Positions 1 to 9,260 of a DNA stretch of 64,000 bases are shown here, piece after piece. Position 1 is the first letter of the stretch. Each line of letters starts with the position of its first letter. The notes under the pieces are model-generated. The model was not told where the DNA came from. It made no database searches and worked only from the letters and a program-made list of their open reading frames with translations. A program made the translations under genes and the position numbers. The stretch lies in the IMG/VR virus record IMGVR_UViG_3300037312_000757. One strand, written 5' to 3'. Source of the DNA: a virus. Lineage: Duplodnaviria; Heunggongvirae; Uroviricota; Caudoviricetes.

Positions 1-195
1 CGGTTGACCAAACAGACCAAAACTAACCGCTTGTAACAGTGTTGACTTACCAACACCGTTACGACTGTTGACGCCACCGTTATCCAAATTCTCGCCCAGA
101 ACGAGCGTCAAACCTTCTTTGTTGAGCACAACCGCCTGAGTTGCATTACCAACACTCAGGAAGTTGCGCATTGAAACGTTCTTAATCTTGAGCAT
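1..195 (-). CDS. 46: gp46-like recombination ATPase (Rad50/SbcC), N-terminal part; runs off the left edge
   Basis: Manual translation MLKIKNVSMRNFLSVGN...SRNGVGKSTLLQA contains a Walker A motif; lies directly downstream of gp47; not in the ORF track. Confidence 0.9.
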   Translation of the reverse strand, partial: MLKIKNVSMRNFLSVGNATQAVVLNKEGLTLVLGENLDNGGVNSRNGVGKSTLLQAVSFGLFGQP

Positions 196-199
196 CTGA

Positions 200-1213
200 T
201 TATTGTAGGCCCTTATAAATTTCAACCAACGTCTTTGAGTTGATACCAGTTGATTGCACTGCATTCAGACCTTCAATAACGATCTGATCGATACTCTGGA
301 AAATTACGTTGTCGTCAAATTCCTGATCGGCTTCTTCCTTGTTCATGGGAACTAGGTCGATTTTGCGAGCGCCAAACTGGGCCACAAATGTTTCCTTAAC
401 GAATTGTGCTTCTTCGTAGGAAATATCGCAGTCAATGCTGATACGGTTATAGCTCTTACCAACAATGAAACGCTCAGGTGCTTCAAGCACCTCGCTAAGT
501 TTCATTGTGCGATATGTGGGAGCATCAGGCCATTCCTTGAAGAACGGCTCTTTGTCCCATTCCAAGAACATCATACCACGGTCATCATCCCATGCATCAG
601 CAAAGCTGAACGGGAATGCATTACCAATGTAAACCACCTTACCACGTGCTTGACGCTTGTGAAAGTGGCCACTGAATACGAAGTCTTGATTTGCGAAATG
701 ATCTTGGTTAAGACCACCGTGGTCTGGCATTTCCACCATCGCGTTCATAAAGAAGTTGGGCAACTCGAAGTGGCCAAACATATAACGCGACTTCATCTTT
801 GGAATTTGCTTCCATTCTTCACCGACCAACCATGGCATAAACGCGACACCATCAATCTCGGTGATCTCGTTGATGATCTCAATGTTGTCGATGTTTCGCG
901 CAAATTCAACACTGCTGATTTCACGCTTTTCACGATAGAACAGATCGTGGTTACCTGGAATAAACCAGACCTTGTCAAACGCTTTGCTAAGACGTTCCAG
1001 ATTGGAAAGAGAAGAACTCATAGTACCGACATGAAGATTGTGACGATTGTCGTGCCAATCTCCAAGGAAAACGCACTGCTTGGCACCCCAAGCGTGCGCT
1101 TCATCAATGAACCAGTTAATGAAATTTTCATTATCCTGATTCGCTTGTCGGTCGTTGCCTTTTCTGCCGAAATGGATATCCGTAAACGCTACGATTTTAT
1201 CGAATAGTGCCAT
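200..1213 (-). CDS. 47: gp47-like recombination nuclease (Mre11/SbcD)
   Basis: Metallophosphoesterase motifs DIHFG, GDWHD, GNHD, GHFE, SGHFH; adjacent to gp46. Confidence 0.92.
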   Translation of the reverse strand: MALFDKIVAFTDIHFGRKGNDRQANQDNENFINWFIDEAHAWGAKQCVFLGDWHDNRHNLHVGTMSSSLSNLERLSKAFDKVWFIPGNHDLFYREKREISSVEFARNIDNIEIINEITEIDGVAFMPWLVGEEWKQIPKMKSRYMFGHFELPNFFMNAMVEMPDHGGLNQDHFANQDFVFSGHFHKRQARGKVVYIGNAFPFSFADAWDDDRGMMFLEWDKEPFFKEWPDAPTYRTMKLSEVLEAPERFIVGKSYNRISIDCDISYEEAQFVKETFVAQFGARKIDLVPMNKEEADQEFDDNVIFQSIDQIVIEGLNAVQSTGINSKTLVEIYKGLQ

Positions 1214-1271
1214 ACCTTATCCTGTTAATGTAGCGCAAGTATATGCGCTACCACAACCAACACCAAAATTG

Positions 1272-2156
1272 TTATTTGTGTTCAGCTGTACGATCAATGA
1301 CTTCGCTAGGACCTTCAGCATTGGCATATTCATGGTCATTCTGGCGTGTATATGATGGATTGACGCCGTGCATGATCAGGATATCGTCGCGAATGTTTTG
1401 ATTCTTCTTTTCCAGATTTAGGATACGGGTAAAGCAGTTCTTGATAGTGGTTGTGTAGAACGCAAATGGATTGTCCGATTTTGACTCGTCAAATTGAAGA
1501 CCAATTTGAGACAATTGCAGAAGTGCATGGCTCTTCATTTCATCCAGATATGTGTAACCACGCCAATTTGAACGTCGTGAGTAACGGTCAACCAGCATCA
1601 TGAACATAACGGCTAGACGATGGCTGATCTGACCACGAGTCATATCGAATTCACCATCTTCAATGGTTCCTGTCCAGTGGCTACGGCCAACCTCAACTGG
1701 GCTACCATCAATCATAATGAAGTGCTTGAATGGGAGGAATGGTGTCTTGACGTAGTTACCTTCTTCCCCCTTACCGCGACGCTTGCGGTCTGGGTCCAGT
1801 GGAAGGTGATGCGGGGTCATTACACGGAAAACAATAGTTTCAGTTGGCAAGTCTTCAGGCTTGACTTCATCTACCTTAATTTCATATGGCTTCTTGCCAG
1901 CTTCGCGTTGCTTTGCTTTGGCTTGCTGTACAATAAGGCGGGCTTTTTCAACCTTAGTTGCTTCGATCAGTTCATCTGTGATCTCGGCAAGTGAGTGAAC
2001 AATAGCATCATAATCTGCGTACTTGGCATCAGCGTAGACGCAGTAAGAGTTCTTGCTCTTGTGGATTTCGGCGAGCAACTCTTTGTTGGTGATGTACTTT
2101 ACCTTGCCACCAGCGGTTGTTGCTGGGGTTGTAGTTGTTTCAACTTTTTCAGTCAT
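1272..2156 (-). CDS. 55: gp55-like late-transcription sigma factor
   Basis: YITNKELL N-terminus; NWRGYTYLDEM and FDESKSDNPFAFYT motifs; T4-like 55-47-46 order. Confidence 0.85.
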   Translation of the reverse strand: MTEKVETTTTPATTAGGKVKYITNKELLAEIHKSKNSYCVYADAKYADYDAIVHSLAEITDELIEATKVEKARLIVQQAKAKQREAGKKPYEIKVDEVKPEDLPTETIVFRVMTPHHLPLDPDRKRRGKGEEGNYVKTPFLPFKHFIMIDGSPVEVGRSHWTGTIEDGEFDMTRGQISHRLAVMFMMLVDRYSRRSNWRGYTYLDEMKSHALLQLSQIGLQFDESKSDNPFAFYTTTIKNCFTRILNLEKKNQNIRDDILIMHGVNPSYTRQNDHEYANAEGPSEVIDRTAEHK

Positions 2157-2262
2157 TGTATTTCTTGTTATTGGACAAAAGTCCGTTTATTGTTTCACCA
2201 AGAGTAACGAAATATATGGTTTGTATCAATAAACCAAGTTATAGTGGCACATAATTCCACGA

Positions 2263-2269
2263 ATAAATA
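2263..2269 (+). promoter_or_regulatory. T4-like late promoter (ATAAATA)
   Basis: Matches the T4 TATAAATA core ~15 nt upstream of the late block; recurs before other structural genes. Confidence 0.65.
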
Positions 2270-2283
2270 ATCAGGTAATAATC

Positions 2284-2829
2284 ATGGACCATGTCGTTTT
2301 TACGATTTGCCGTATGAATCCGCCAACTCGAGGCCACCAGAAATTGGTGAAACAAGTCTTAGACTTGGCAGATGAAAAAAAGTGCGATCACCGCGTGTTT
2401 CTTACACGTACCCACGATAAGAAAAACAATCCTCTGGTGGTCGACGACAAGTTGGAGTTTGCTAGGGCGTTCTTCCCTGATGCAAACATTGTGGATACTC
2501 AGAATATCTTCACTGCCGCAAAAGAACTGGCAGAGGCTGGATATCTACATGCAACTCTGGTTGTCGGGAAAGATCGAGAAGATTCTTTTGAAATGGCTCT
2601 GAATCGTTATATTAACCATCCAGATCCAGAAAAAGACATCGGTCTAAAATCGCTGGAAGTGATCGTAATTCCACGCGAGGCTCATGATTACAGCGCGACT
2701 GCCGCCAGAAAATGGGCAACAGAAGGTAACTTCGATAATTTCAGGGATTCTGTTCCATCTCAAGACCTGGCTGTCGCACAGAAAATGTATAAATGTGTCC
2801 GTCAGGGATTGGGTGTTCAGAATGAGTGA
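2284..2829 (+). CDS. Phage cytidyltransferase-like nucleotidyltransferase
   Basis: RMNPPTRGH (HIGH-like), NPL, VVGKDR and SAT motifs. Confidence 0.75.
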   Translation: MDHVVFTICRMNPPTRGHQKLVKQVLDLADEKKCDHRVFLTRTHDKKNNPLVVDDKLEFARAFFPDANIVDTQNIFTAAKELAEAGYLHATLVVGKDREDSFEMALNRYINHPDPEKDIGLKSLEVIVIPREAHDYSATAARKWATEGNFDNFRDSVPSQDLAVAQKMYKCVRQGLGVQNE

Positions 2830-3730
2830 TATTTTTTCATCAGCAGCAAATGCGATTGGTAGCGCTACTACCAGCCTCAACGGTTTTCATATTACTGGTG
2901 GAACTTCGATTACAAACAGTACACTCGGTATCCCATCAGATTTCTCCAGTGTCTCCAGTGGTATGGCTGGCCTCACCTCAACATTAGGTGGGGTCGTTAG
3001 TCAAGCCACATCAGCGGTTTCAAGCGCCGTCTCCGATGTTACATCGGCACTGCATCTAGGTTCCCTTGGTTTCGGAGGCTCCACTGCGTCATCCTCTGGC
3101 TCAGTCGGTAACGCGGTAGACTTCCGTGTACGTCTCCGCGCCCAACCGTCCTCACAAAGCCAAGTGTATGGCCCGCAAGGAAGCTCAAACATTCTTGGTA
3201 TTCTGTACGAAACCAACGGTATGTTCTTCCCATACACACCAACGATTTCGTGGAATCAAGCAGTTGAGTACGATGCTCTCCACTTTGTTCATAGTAATCA
3301 GGACTACTACGCATACAAGAATACTCCATCCACTCAGATTGATATTTCTGGGCAATGGTCATTGCAGAACCAACGTGAGGGTGAATACATGCTTGCTTCT
3401 ATTCACTTCCTTCGCACAGTCAGCAAGATGTACTTCGGCCAGTCAAACCCAACATTGGCTGGTATGCCACCACCAGTATTGTTTCTGAGTGGGTACGGCG
3501 ATTACATGTTCAATGACTTGCCAGTAATCGTGAAGTCACACTCATACACATTGGATGGAAACGTCGACTATGTAACCGTAAGTGTTGCTGGTGGTAAAGT
3601 ACGTCTGCCATCACTGTTCAATATCAGCTTGTCCTTGGTAGTTCAGCACACACCAACAGCCATGAGAAAGCAGTTTGATTTGGATAAATTCAGAACAGGC
3701 GAACTTATGCGCTCGAAAGGTTGGATCTAA
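2822..3730 (+). CDS. Baseplate/tail-tube initiator-like protein (gp48/gp54 class)
   Basis: Start at ATG 2822 overlapping the previous gene; FPYTPTI and GMPPPVLFLSGYG motifs; precedes gp53. Confidence 0.6.
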   Translation: MSDIFSSAANAIGSATTSLNGFHITGGTSITNSTLGIPSDFSSVSSGMAGLTSTLGGVVSQATSAVSSAVSDVTSALHLGSLGFGGSTASSSGSVGNAVDFRVRLRAQPSSQSQVYGPQGSSNILGILYETNGMFFPYTPTISWNQAVEYDALHFVHSNQDYYAYKNTPSTQIDISGQWSLQNQREGEYMLASIHFLRTVSKMYFGQSNPTLAGMPPPVLFLSGYGDYMFNDLPVIVKSHSYTLDGNVDYVTVSVAGGKVRLPSLFNISLSLVVQHTPTAMRKQFDLDKFRTGELMRSKGWI

Positions 3731-4035
3731 TGACAAAGATTGTTTACCCAGCATCATCACCATATTACTCAACACCACAAACATCTTGGTATACAGGACC
3801 AATTGATTATCGTGATATCCCTGCTGATAGCAGCGATCTCTTTATCGAAACTCTGGACCGTCGTTTTGAACATCGTCCAGACTTGTTGAGTTATGAACTG
3901 TACCAAACACCTGCTTATTGGTGGGTGTTCATGGTACGAAACATCGACCTAATTCGTGATCCAATTTGGGACATGGTTGCCGGTATGTCAATGTATGCCC
4001 CATCAAAGGCACGCATTCAATCGCTTCTAGGGTAA
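3730..4035 (+). CDS. 53: gp53-like baseplate wedge protein (LysM-like)
   Basis: RPDLLSYELY...YWWVF..RN motif; TAATG coupling to the previous gene. Confidence 0.75.
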   Translation: MTKIVYPASSPYYSTPQTSWYTGPIDYRDIPADSSDLFIETLDRRFEHRPDLLSYELYQTPAYWWVFMVRNIDLIRDPIWDMVAGMSMYAPSKARIQSLLG

Positions 4036-4037
4036 TT

Positions 4038-6545
4038 ATGGCTGACAAATCAACACCAGATTTTACCGATTCGAGTGCTTCCGCTAACGTAGCACAGAAC
4101 CAGAAAGTATCGAAGCTTGCCCCATCAACATTCAGTGTTTCTGGTGTTCTAGGTGATTCGGCAAGCTCTACTGGCTTGGCTACACTCGGCAATACCACAC
4201 TCTTTACTCAAGCTTCAAAAACAGCCGCTACCGGTGTAGCAGCCAGTTTGGGCCTTGCTGGTGGACAGACGGTTACAACTACCCCATTGTCAGACACTAC
4301 CACGGCTGTCGTTGGTGCTCAAATCCTTAGTAATGCAAGTGATGCATCATGGCAAGGAAACGTGTTGTCAGATGTGGATCAAGCCACCTACAATATTCGT
4401 TTCTTCATTACTGACGATACGCCGATTTCTTTCTCAACCGCCACGTCATGGGCTGATGCTCGTTCAAAGGTTGCGGCTAGAAAGTCCACCACGATCGCAC
4501 AATCTGGTGTTACCGGTCTCGCAATCGAAAGCTTGACAATCAAGTCTATTCCTGCACCCAACCAAGTCACACGTTCAGTAGCTGCTACAGAAATGACCTT
4601 GGTGGTTAAAGAACCGCTTGGTGTGAGCTTCTTCGACATGCTCGCTCAAGCAGCAGCTCAGCTTGGTATTAGCAACTTTAGTAAGTTCTACTACTTTATC
4701 GAAGTCACGTTCAAGGGTTATGACACTACTGGCGGTTTTGACTTCAATCCATGTGTTGATTTTCCTAACGGTGGATCATGGCTGTATCAAGTTGGTATCA
4801 CAAACATTCAAGTCGAAGCCAATGCGTCTGGTAGCACGTACACGATCTCATGCATTCCAGCAGAAGAAGATATATATGCTGAATTGGATCTGAAACTACC
4901 ATTCCCATATTTGCCAAAGGGTACCACTATTGGTGAAATGCTGAATGACTTAGCAGCAGCATTGAACAGTAATAATCTGATCATGTACGGCGATCAGCTG
5001 ACTGAATACGGCTTCAATTTGGCACCGTTTATCATGAACGGGAAAACCGTAGATCCATCAAAATGGAAACTAACGCCAAACCAGATTGACTACAGTGATA
5101 TCCGAAGTTCAGCTATGGGTACGACGGAAGGTGTGGACCAGAATACACCACACAAGGCGGCGTTCTCGAAGGGTATGAACATCACCGACGTGATCGAACA
5201 GCTTTTCGTTAGCTGCCCAGACGCACAGCTTTACGCAAAGGACGTCCAAACTGAAGGACAATTGGACAAAAACGACAACTCAACTCGTAACTGTATCGTG
5301 TTCCGTCACGAACCATCAATTGATTTCGGTGATTATCTGCCTTCAGTCAACCAATACGAAAAGAAGGTCACGTTCAATATTCTGAGCTATTTCACAACCA
5401 AGCCAATTGTATCAGATGCTGATATTACGAATGCTAGTGTGACAACCAATCAGAAACAAAAGGTTACCAACTTCACAGAAAGCGGTTATCTTGTAAAGCG
5501 TTACGACTATATGTTCACAGGCTTGAATACTGAGGTTCTGAACTTCGACTTCAAGTTTAATATGAATTGGTCCGCAACACTACCATATCTGTATGGTTTG
5601 CAAGGTACAAACGTATCGATGACTGATCAAGCAAAGGCACGTCCTGATGCGCAGGATTATCAACAATTGCAGAGCCAGATGCAGACCTTGGTTCAGAAGA
5701 ATAACGAATTGAAGCAAAAGCTGCAAACGCTGCAAGAAGAAGATACTTCGCTGAAGACAAATAATGCCAGCTCAAGTGCTGACAAGTTGAAAGAAAATGC
5801 AGCCAAGGAATTCGAGATCACTGACTCGATTACTAGAACCAGCAACCAAATTGGTGCTCTTAAGGCAAAGTTGACAAACGCGGCACAACAGACAAAGCAA
5901 GATGCTTTACTGGCAAAGAAACAAGTATTGGATCAAGCATCAAGCTTGTCATACGCAGAAGACGCTTTGACAAACACCGATGTACCACGTATGCCGGTTT
6001 CGATCAAGCAAGCTCCAAATCCAACAGCTTATGGCGCTGGTCCATTGCCTGCTACTTACACTCGTGACCGTTCAATCTATGGTGCAATTCTAGACCAGAT
6101 TTACGGTCCGGTAACAGCAGACTTGCAAAGCATCGAAATCGCAGTACGTGGTGATCCATATTGGCTAGGAGCCAGTAATTTGGAACGTTGTGTGAATCGA
6201 TGGGTACATATCGACGTACCACGTGATCATATGTCAAAGAATCTGATCAATGTAAAACAGGTTGATTATACCTATGGTGACATTATGTTCTTGTTGGCAT
6301 TCAAGTACCCACTGGGTGTCAATGACGATGGTTCGCCAATCTTCAAGTACAACGAAAGCTTTACTGGTATCTATCGTGTCACACAGGTAACACACACTTT
6401 TTCCGGTGGTGTGTTCAAGCAAGATATCAGTGCTGCTCGTATGGCATTGACTGACGCATTTAAGGCACTGGATTTTAACACCAGCGCGCAAACTCAAAAC
6501 ATTATTGCTTCTAACCAAACAGTTAGCGGGCAATCCACACAATAA
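4038..6545 (+). CDS. Baseplate hub protein (gp27/VgrG-N-like) with a coiled-coil insertion
   Basis: C-terminal IAVRGDPYWL and GIYRVTQVTHTFSGGVFKQ motifs; sits between gp53 and gp5. Confidence 0.6.
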   Translation: MADKSTPDFTDSSASANVAQNQKVSKLAPSTFSVSGVLGDSASSTGLATLGNTTLFTQASKTAATGVAASLGLAGGQTVTTTPLSDTTTAVVGAQILSNASDASWQGNVLSDVDQATYNIRFFITDDTPISFSTATSWADARSKVAARKSTTIAQSGVTGLAIESLTIKSIPAPNQVTRSVAATEMTLVVKEPLGVSFFDMLAQAAAQLGISNFSKFYYFIEVTFKGYDTTGGFDFNPCVDFPNGGSWLYQVGITNIQVEANASGSTYTISCIPAEEDIYAELDLKLPFPYLPKGTTIGEMLNDLAAALNSNNLIMYGDQLTEYGFNLAPFIMNGKTVDPSKWKLTPNQIDYSDIRSSAMGTTEGVDQNTPHKAAFSKGMNITDVIEQLFVSCPDAQLYAKDVQTEGQLDKNDNSTRNCIVFRHEPSIDFGDYLPSVNQYEKKVTFNILSYFTTKPIVSDADITNASVTTNQKQKVTNFTESGYLVKRYDYMFTGLNTEVLNFDFKFNMNWSATLPYLYGLQGTNVSMTDQAKARPDAQDYQQLQSQMQTLVQKNNELKQKLQTLQEEDTSLKTNNASSSADKLKENAAKEFEITDSITRTSNQIGALKAKLTNAAQQTKQDALLAKKQVLDQASSLSYAEDALTNTDVPRMPVSIKQAPNPTAYGAGPLPATYTRDRSIYGAILDQIYGPVTADLQSIEIAVRGDPYWLGASNLERCVNRWVHIDVPRDHMSKNLINVKQVDYTYGDIMFLLAFKYPLGVNDDGSPIFKYNESFTGIYRVTQVTHTFSGGVFKQDISAARMALTDAFKALDFNTSAQTQNIIASNQTVSGQSTQ

Positions 6546-6553
6546 AAAGAACT

Positions 6554-8644
6554 ATGAGTTTCAGTTCATTCAAGTCAACCCCATCTGGTTACAAAAACGA
6601 ACCAGGTGCAGGTCGCATAGTAGAAGGAAAGATCTACATTGGTATCGTGAAGAACAATGTGGACATGCAACGCATGGGCCGTCTGGAAGTGTATATCCCA
6701 GAAATGGGCGGCGATCCGAAAAATACAGCACACTGGTTTATCGTCAGTTACGCTTCTCCATTCGCCGGTGTTTCAGACCCATCAGCACGTGTTGCTAACT
6801 CACACCTCTACGGAGAAAGCCAACAATCATACGGATGGTGGGCAGTTCCGCCTGATGTTGAAAACCAAGTGCTAGTCACCTTCGTCAACGGTGAAGCATC
6901 AAAGGGATTCTGGTTCGCTTGCATATACTCGCAGAACATGAACCACATGGTTCCTGGTGTTGCGATTGATAACAGTTTCGACATGAATGGTGACAAAAGC
7001 ATGCCACCAGTTGTCGAATACAATAAGCTTGATCCATCAATCAACACTAACGCCCCTGTCCGTCCACGCTTTGATCCATTGGCAGCAGGCTTGGTTCAAC
7101 AAGGTCTGACCTACGACTTCGAACGAGGTTCAGCGTCATCATCAGCACGACGCGAAGCACCATCACGAGTGTTCGGTTATCTGACCCCACGAGCAAACCA
7201 AGTCTACGTTGACGACAATCCAGACAACGAATTCATCCGTCTCCGTACTCGCTCAGGCACACAAGTCCTGGTACACGAAACTAATGGTTACGTCTACATC
7301 AACTCAGGTTTGGGCAACTCATGGATCGAAGTATCAGATGCTGGCGTCGATATCTACACAGCTGGTTCAATTAGTTGCCACGCAGAACAAGACTTCAATG
7401 TCAGAGCAGATCGAAACATCAATCTCGATGCGGGTGCAAATGTCGTAGTCACCGCCGGTGGAAACATACAGACTCAAAGTGGTATGAATACCTCCATGTC
7501 AGCTGGCGGTACTCTGAAGCTTCTATCAGTCGGCGACATGAGTGGATTGTCACAAGCACAATTGCTATTCACGGCCACAGGTAATCTGCAACTGTCAACG
7601 GCAGCAGCAATGACAGCTTCAGCTTCTGGCGATGTCAACCTGAAGGCTGACGGTAATATGGTAACCGGTGCCGGAGGTAACCACTCCACTAAGGCAGGCA
7701 CGATCATCCGTCAAGCCGGCTCAATCAAGGACAACAGCGGTGCTGCACCTGATCCAACAACCGCAGCACAAGCAACACAACCAGATGCAATCCAGGTTAC
7801 ACAACAAACCGATGGTGCTAATACGGTGAAGACTCCAGTCAGCCGTATGCCAACACACGAACCATGGAAAGGCCATCCAAAGTCAAAGAGCACAAAACCA
7901 CCAGCTGGACAAGTGGCATCAGCTCCATTCTCACCAAATGGTCAAACAGATAGAACTTCACCATTCAAACAAAAGCCTGGTGAAGGTACATCTAACCAAC
8001 CAGATTCCACCCCTCTGACTACCGGTGACGGTAAAGCAGGTGTGATCCCAAATCCATCACTGAGCGGAAATACATCTAATATCAACGGCTTCAAAATCCC
8101 CGTGGAAGTGATGAACGCAATCAGAAAAGCCTCCAGCATCACAGGAGTCGATATCGGCGTTCTGATGGCAATCTGCGCAACAGAGTCAGGCTTCAACCCA
8201 AATGCCTCGGCGCGACCAGCTTCAACAGCAGACGGCCTCTACCAATTCCTGGACGGCTCATGGAAAGATATCATCAAACGATACCCACAATACAATATCA
8301 CCCAGTCCATGAAGAAAGACCCAGAAGCATCAGCTCTGATGGGCGCAGCCTATGCGGCCGAAAATACAAAAATCCTCCAGAAAGGACTAGGACGAACTCC
8401 ACAACCAACTGACATCTACATGGCACACTTCATGGGTCCAGGAGGAGCTCTCAAATTCCTTAAGGCAGATCCAACCGCCAATGCACGCTCAGTGGTACCA
8501 GCCTGGGTGGTGACCTCCAATCCAGATATCTTTAAGGTGTCATCAACAGTACAAGATGTCTACGACGGCTTCCAAAAGAAGATCGGCGGTCGCTGTGTAG
8601 CATTCGCCGCTAAAGCTAATTCTAGTGGTACCGCTACCGCTTAA
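6554..8644 (+). CDS. 5: gp5-like baseplate spike: OB fold, beta-helix and C-terminal SLT lytic transglycosylase
   Basis: MGRLEVYIPE / YGWWAVPPD OB-fold; Gly/Asn/Ser beta-helix repeats; ATESGFNPNA...GLYQF transglycosylase motifs. Confidence 0.85.
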   Translation: MSFSSFKSTPSGYKNEPGAGRIVEGKIYIGIVKNNVDMQRMGRLEVYIPEMGGDPKNTAHWFIVSYASPFAGVSDPSARVANSHLYGESQQSYGWWAVPPDVENQVLVTFVNGEASKGFWFACIYSQNMNHMVPGVAIDNSFDMNGDKSMPPVVEYNKLDPSINTNAPVRPRFDPLAAGLVQQGLTYDFERGSASSSARREAPSRVFGYLTPRANQVYVDDNPDNEFIRLRTRSGTQVLVHETNGYVYINSGLGNSWIEVSDAGVDIYTAGSISCHAEQDFNVRADRNINLDAGANVVVTAGGNIQTQSGMNTSMSAGGTLKLLSVGDMSGLSQAQLLFTATGNLQLSTAAAMTASASGDVNLKADGNMVTGAGGNHSTKAGTIIRQAGSIKDNSGAAPDPTTAAQATQPDAIQVTQQTDGANTVKTPVSRMPTHEPWKGHPKSKSTKPPAGQVASAPFSPNGQTDRTSPFKQKPGEGTSNQPDSTPLTTGDGKAGVIPNPSLSGNTSNINGFKIPVEVMNAIRKASSITGVDIGVLMAICATESGFNPNASARPASTADGLYQFLDGSWKDIIKRYPQYNITQSMKKDPEASALMGAAYAAENTKILQKGLGRTPQPTDIYMAHFMGPGGALKFLKADPTANARSVVPAWVVTSNPDIFKVSSTVQDVYDGFQKKIGGRCVAFAAKANSSGTATA

Positions 8645-8664
8645 TCCTCTATGAGATCACTATT

Positions 8665-8793
8665 TCAGGAATAATTCATGGAGGTTAATGATAGTCGGTA
8701 AACCCTATGGCTATGTCAAACCCAGAGAGAACTCCCTATTATTTCATGGAGGTTACCACTACTTCCTGATAGTACGAAACCCAGGCAGAAGTC
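8665..8793 (+). repeat. Alternating two-motif repeat, locus 1 (2 units)
   Basis: TCATGGAGGTT at 8676 and 8744, each followed by AAACCCAG(AG/GC)AGAA(C/G)TC at 8718 and 8777. Confidence 0.85.
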
Positions 8794-8801
8794 TGGGTTT
8801 T
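8777..8801 (+). terminator. Hairpin/putative terminator built from the last B motif
   Basis: AAACCCAGGC-AGAA-GTCTGGGTTT stem with a T run. Confidence 0.5.
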
Positions 8802-8828
8802 CCATTATCTGAGCATTTAATTCGATGA

Positions 8829-8835
8829 ATAAATA
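8829..8835 (+). promoter_or_regulatory. T4-like late promoter
   Basis: ATAAATA upstream of gp25. Confidence 0.65.
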
Positions 8836-8858
8836 AGTACATAATCGGATGAAAGATA

Positions 8859-9260
8859 ATGAGCAAATTCACATTCACTGGGTTCAGCAGCATTACGGCT
8901 GACAAAGGTGGCAGCAAAACACTGCACGATCTGCAACTCATCGAACAGGATTTGTATGTTCGTTTCCATGTACTTCCAGGTGAACAAGTTATGCGCCCTG
9001 AACGTGGCTGCACTATTTGGTACAAGCTGGAAGAGCCATTTACTCAAAACCTTGTAGACGGCATCAAAGCAGAAGCAACTCGTATCTGTGAGTTGGATCC
9101 TCGCTTGAGCGTCGTAAGTGTGAATGTAATCCAATATGAACATGGCATTCGTCTGGAAATCGTACTGAACTACATTCCATACAACTCAATTGGTACTTTC
9201 ATCGTTGACTTCAATAATCGCCAATCTGCGCTTTCAGCGACAGTGGGGGACAATAGCTAA
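8859..9260 (+). CDS. 25: gp25-like baseplate wedge protein
   Basis: PGEQVMRPERG and DPRL motifs; precedes gp6. Confidence 0.85.
   Translation: MSKFTFTGFSSITADKGGSKTLHDLQLIEQDLYVRFHVLPGEQVMRPERGCTIWYKLEEPFTQNLVDGIKAEATRICELDPRLSVVSVNVIQYEHGIRLEIVLNYIPYNSIGTFIVDFNNRQSALSATVGDNS

Noticed and set aside
404-1207. 267-aa plus-strand ORF
   Set aside because: Antisense shadow of gp47
2684-2821. Upstream extensions of several track ORFs (2684, 3966, 46160, 57733, 62292)
   Set aside because: They overlap neighbouring genes or promoters; downstream ATGs with RBS or coupling are more plausible starts
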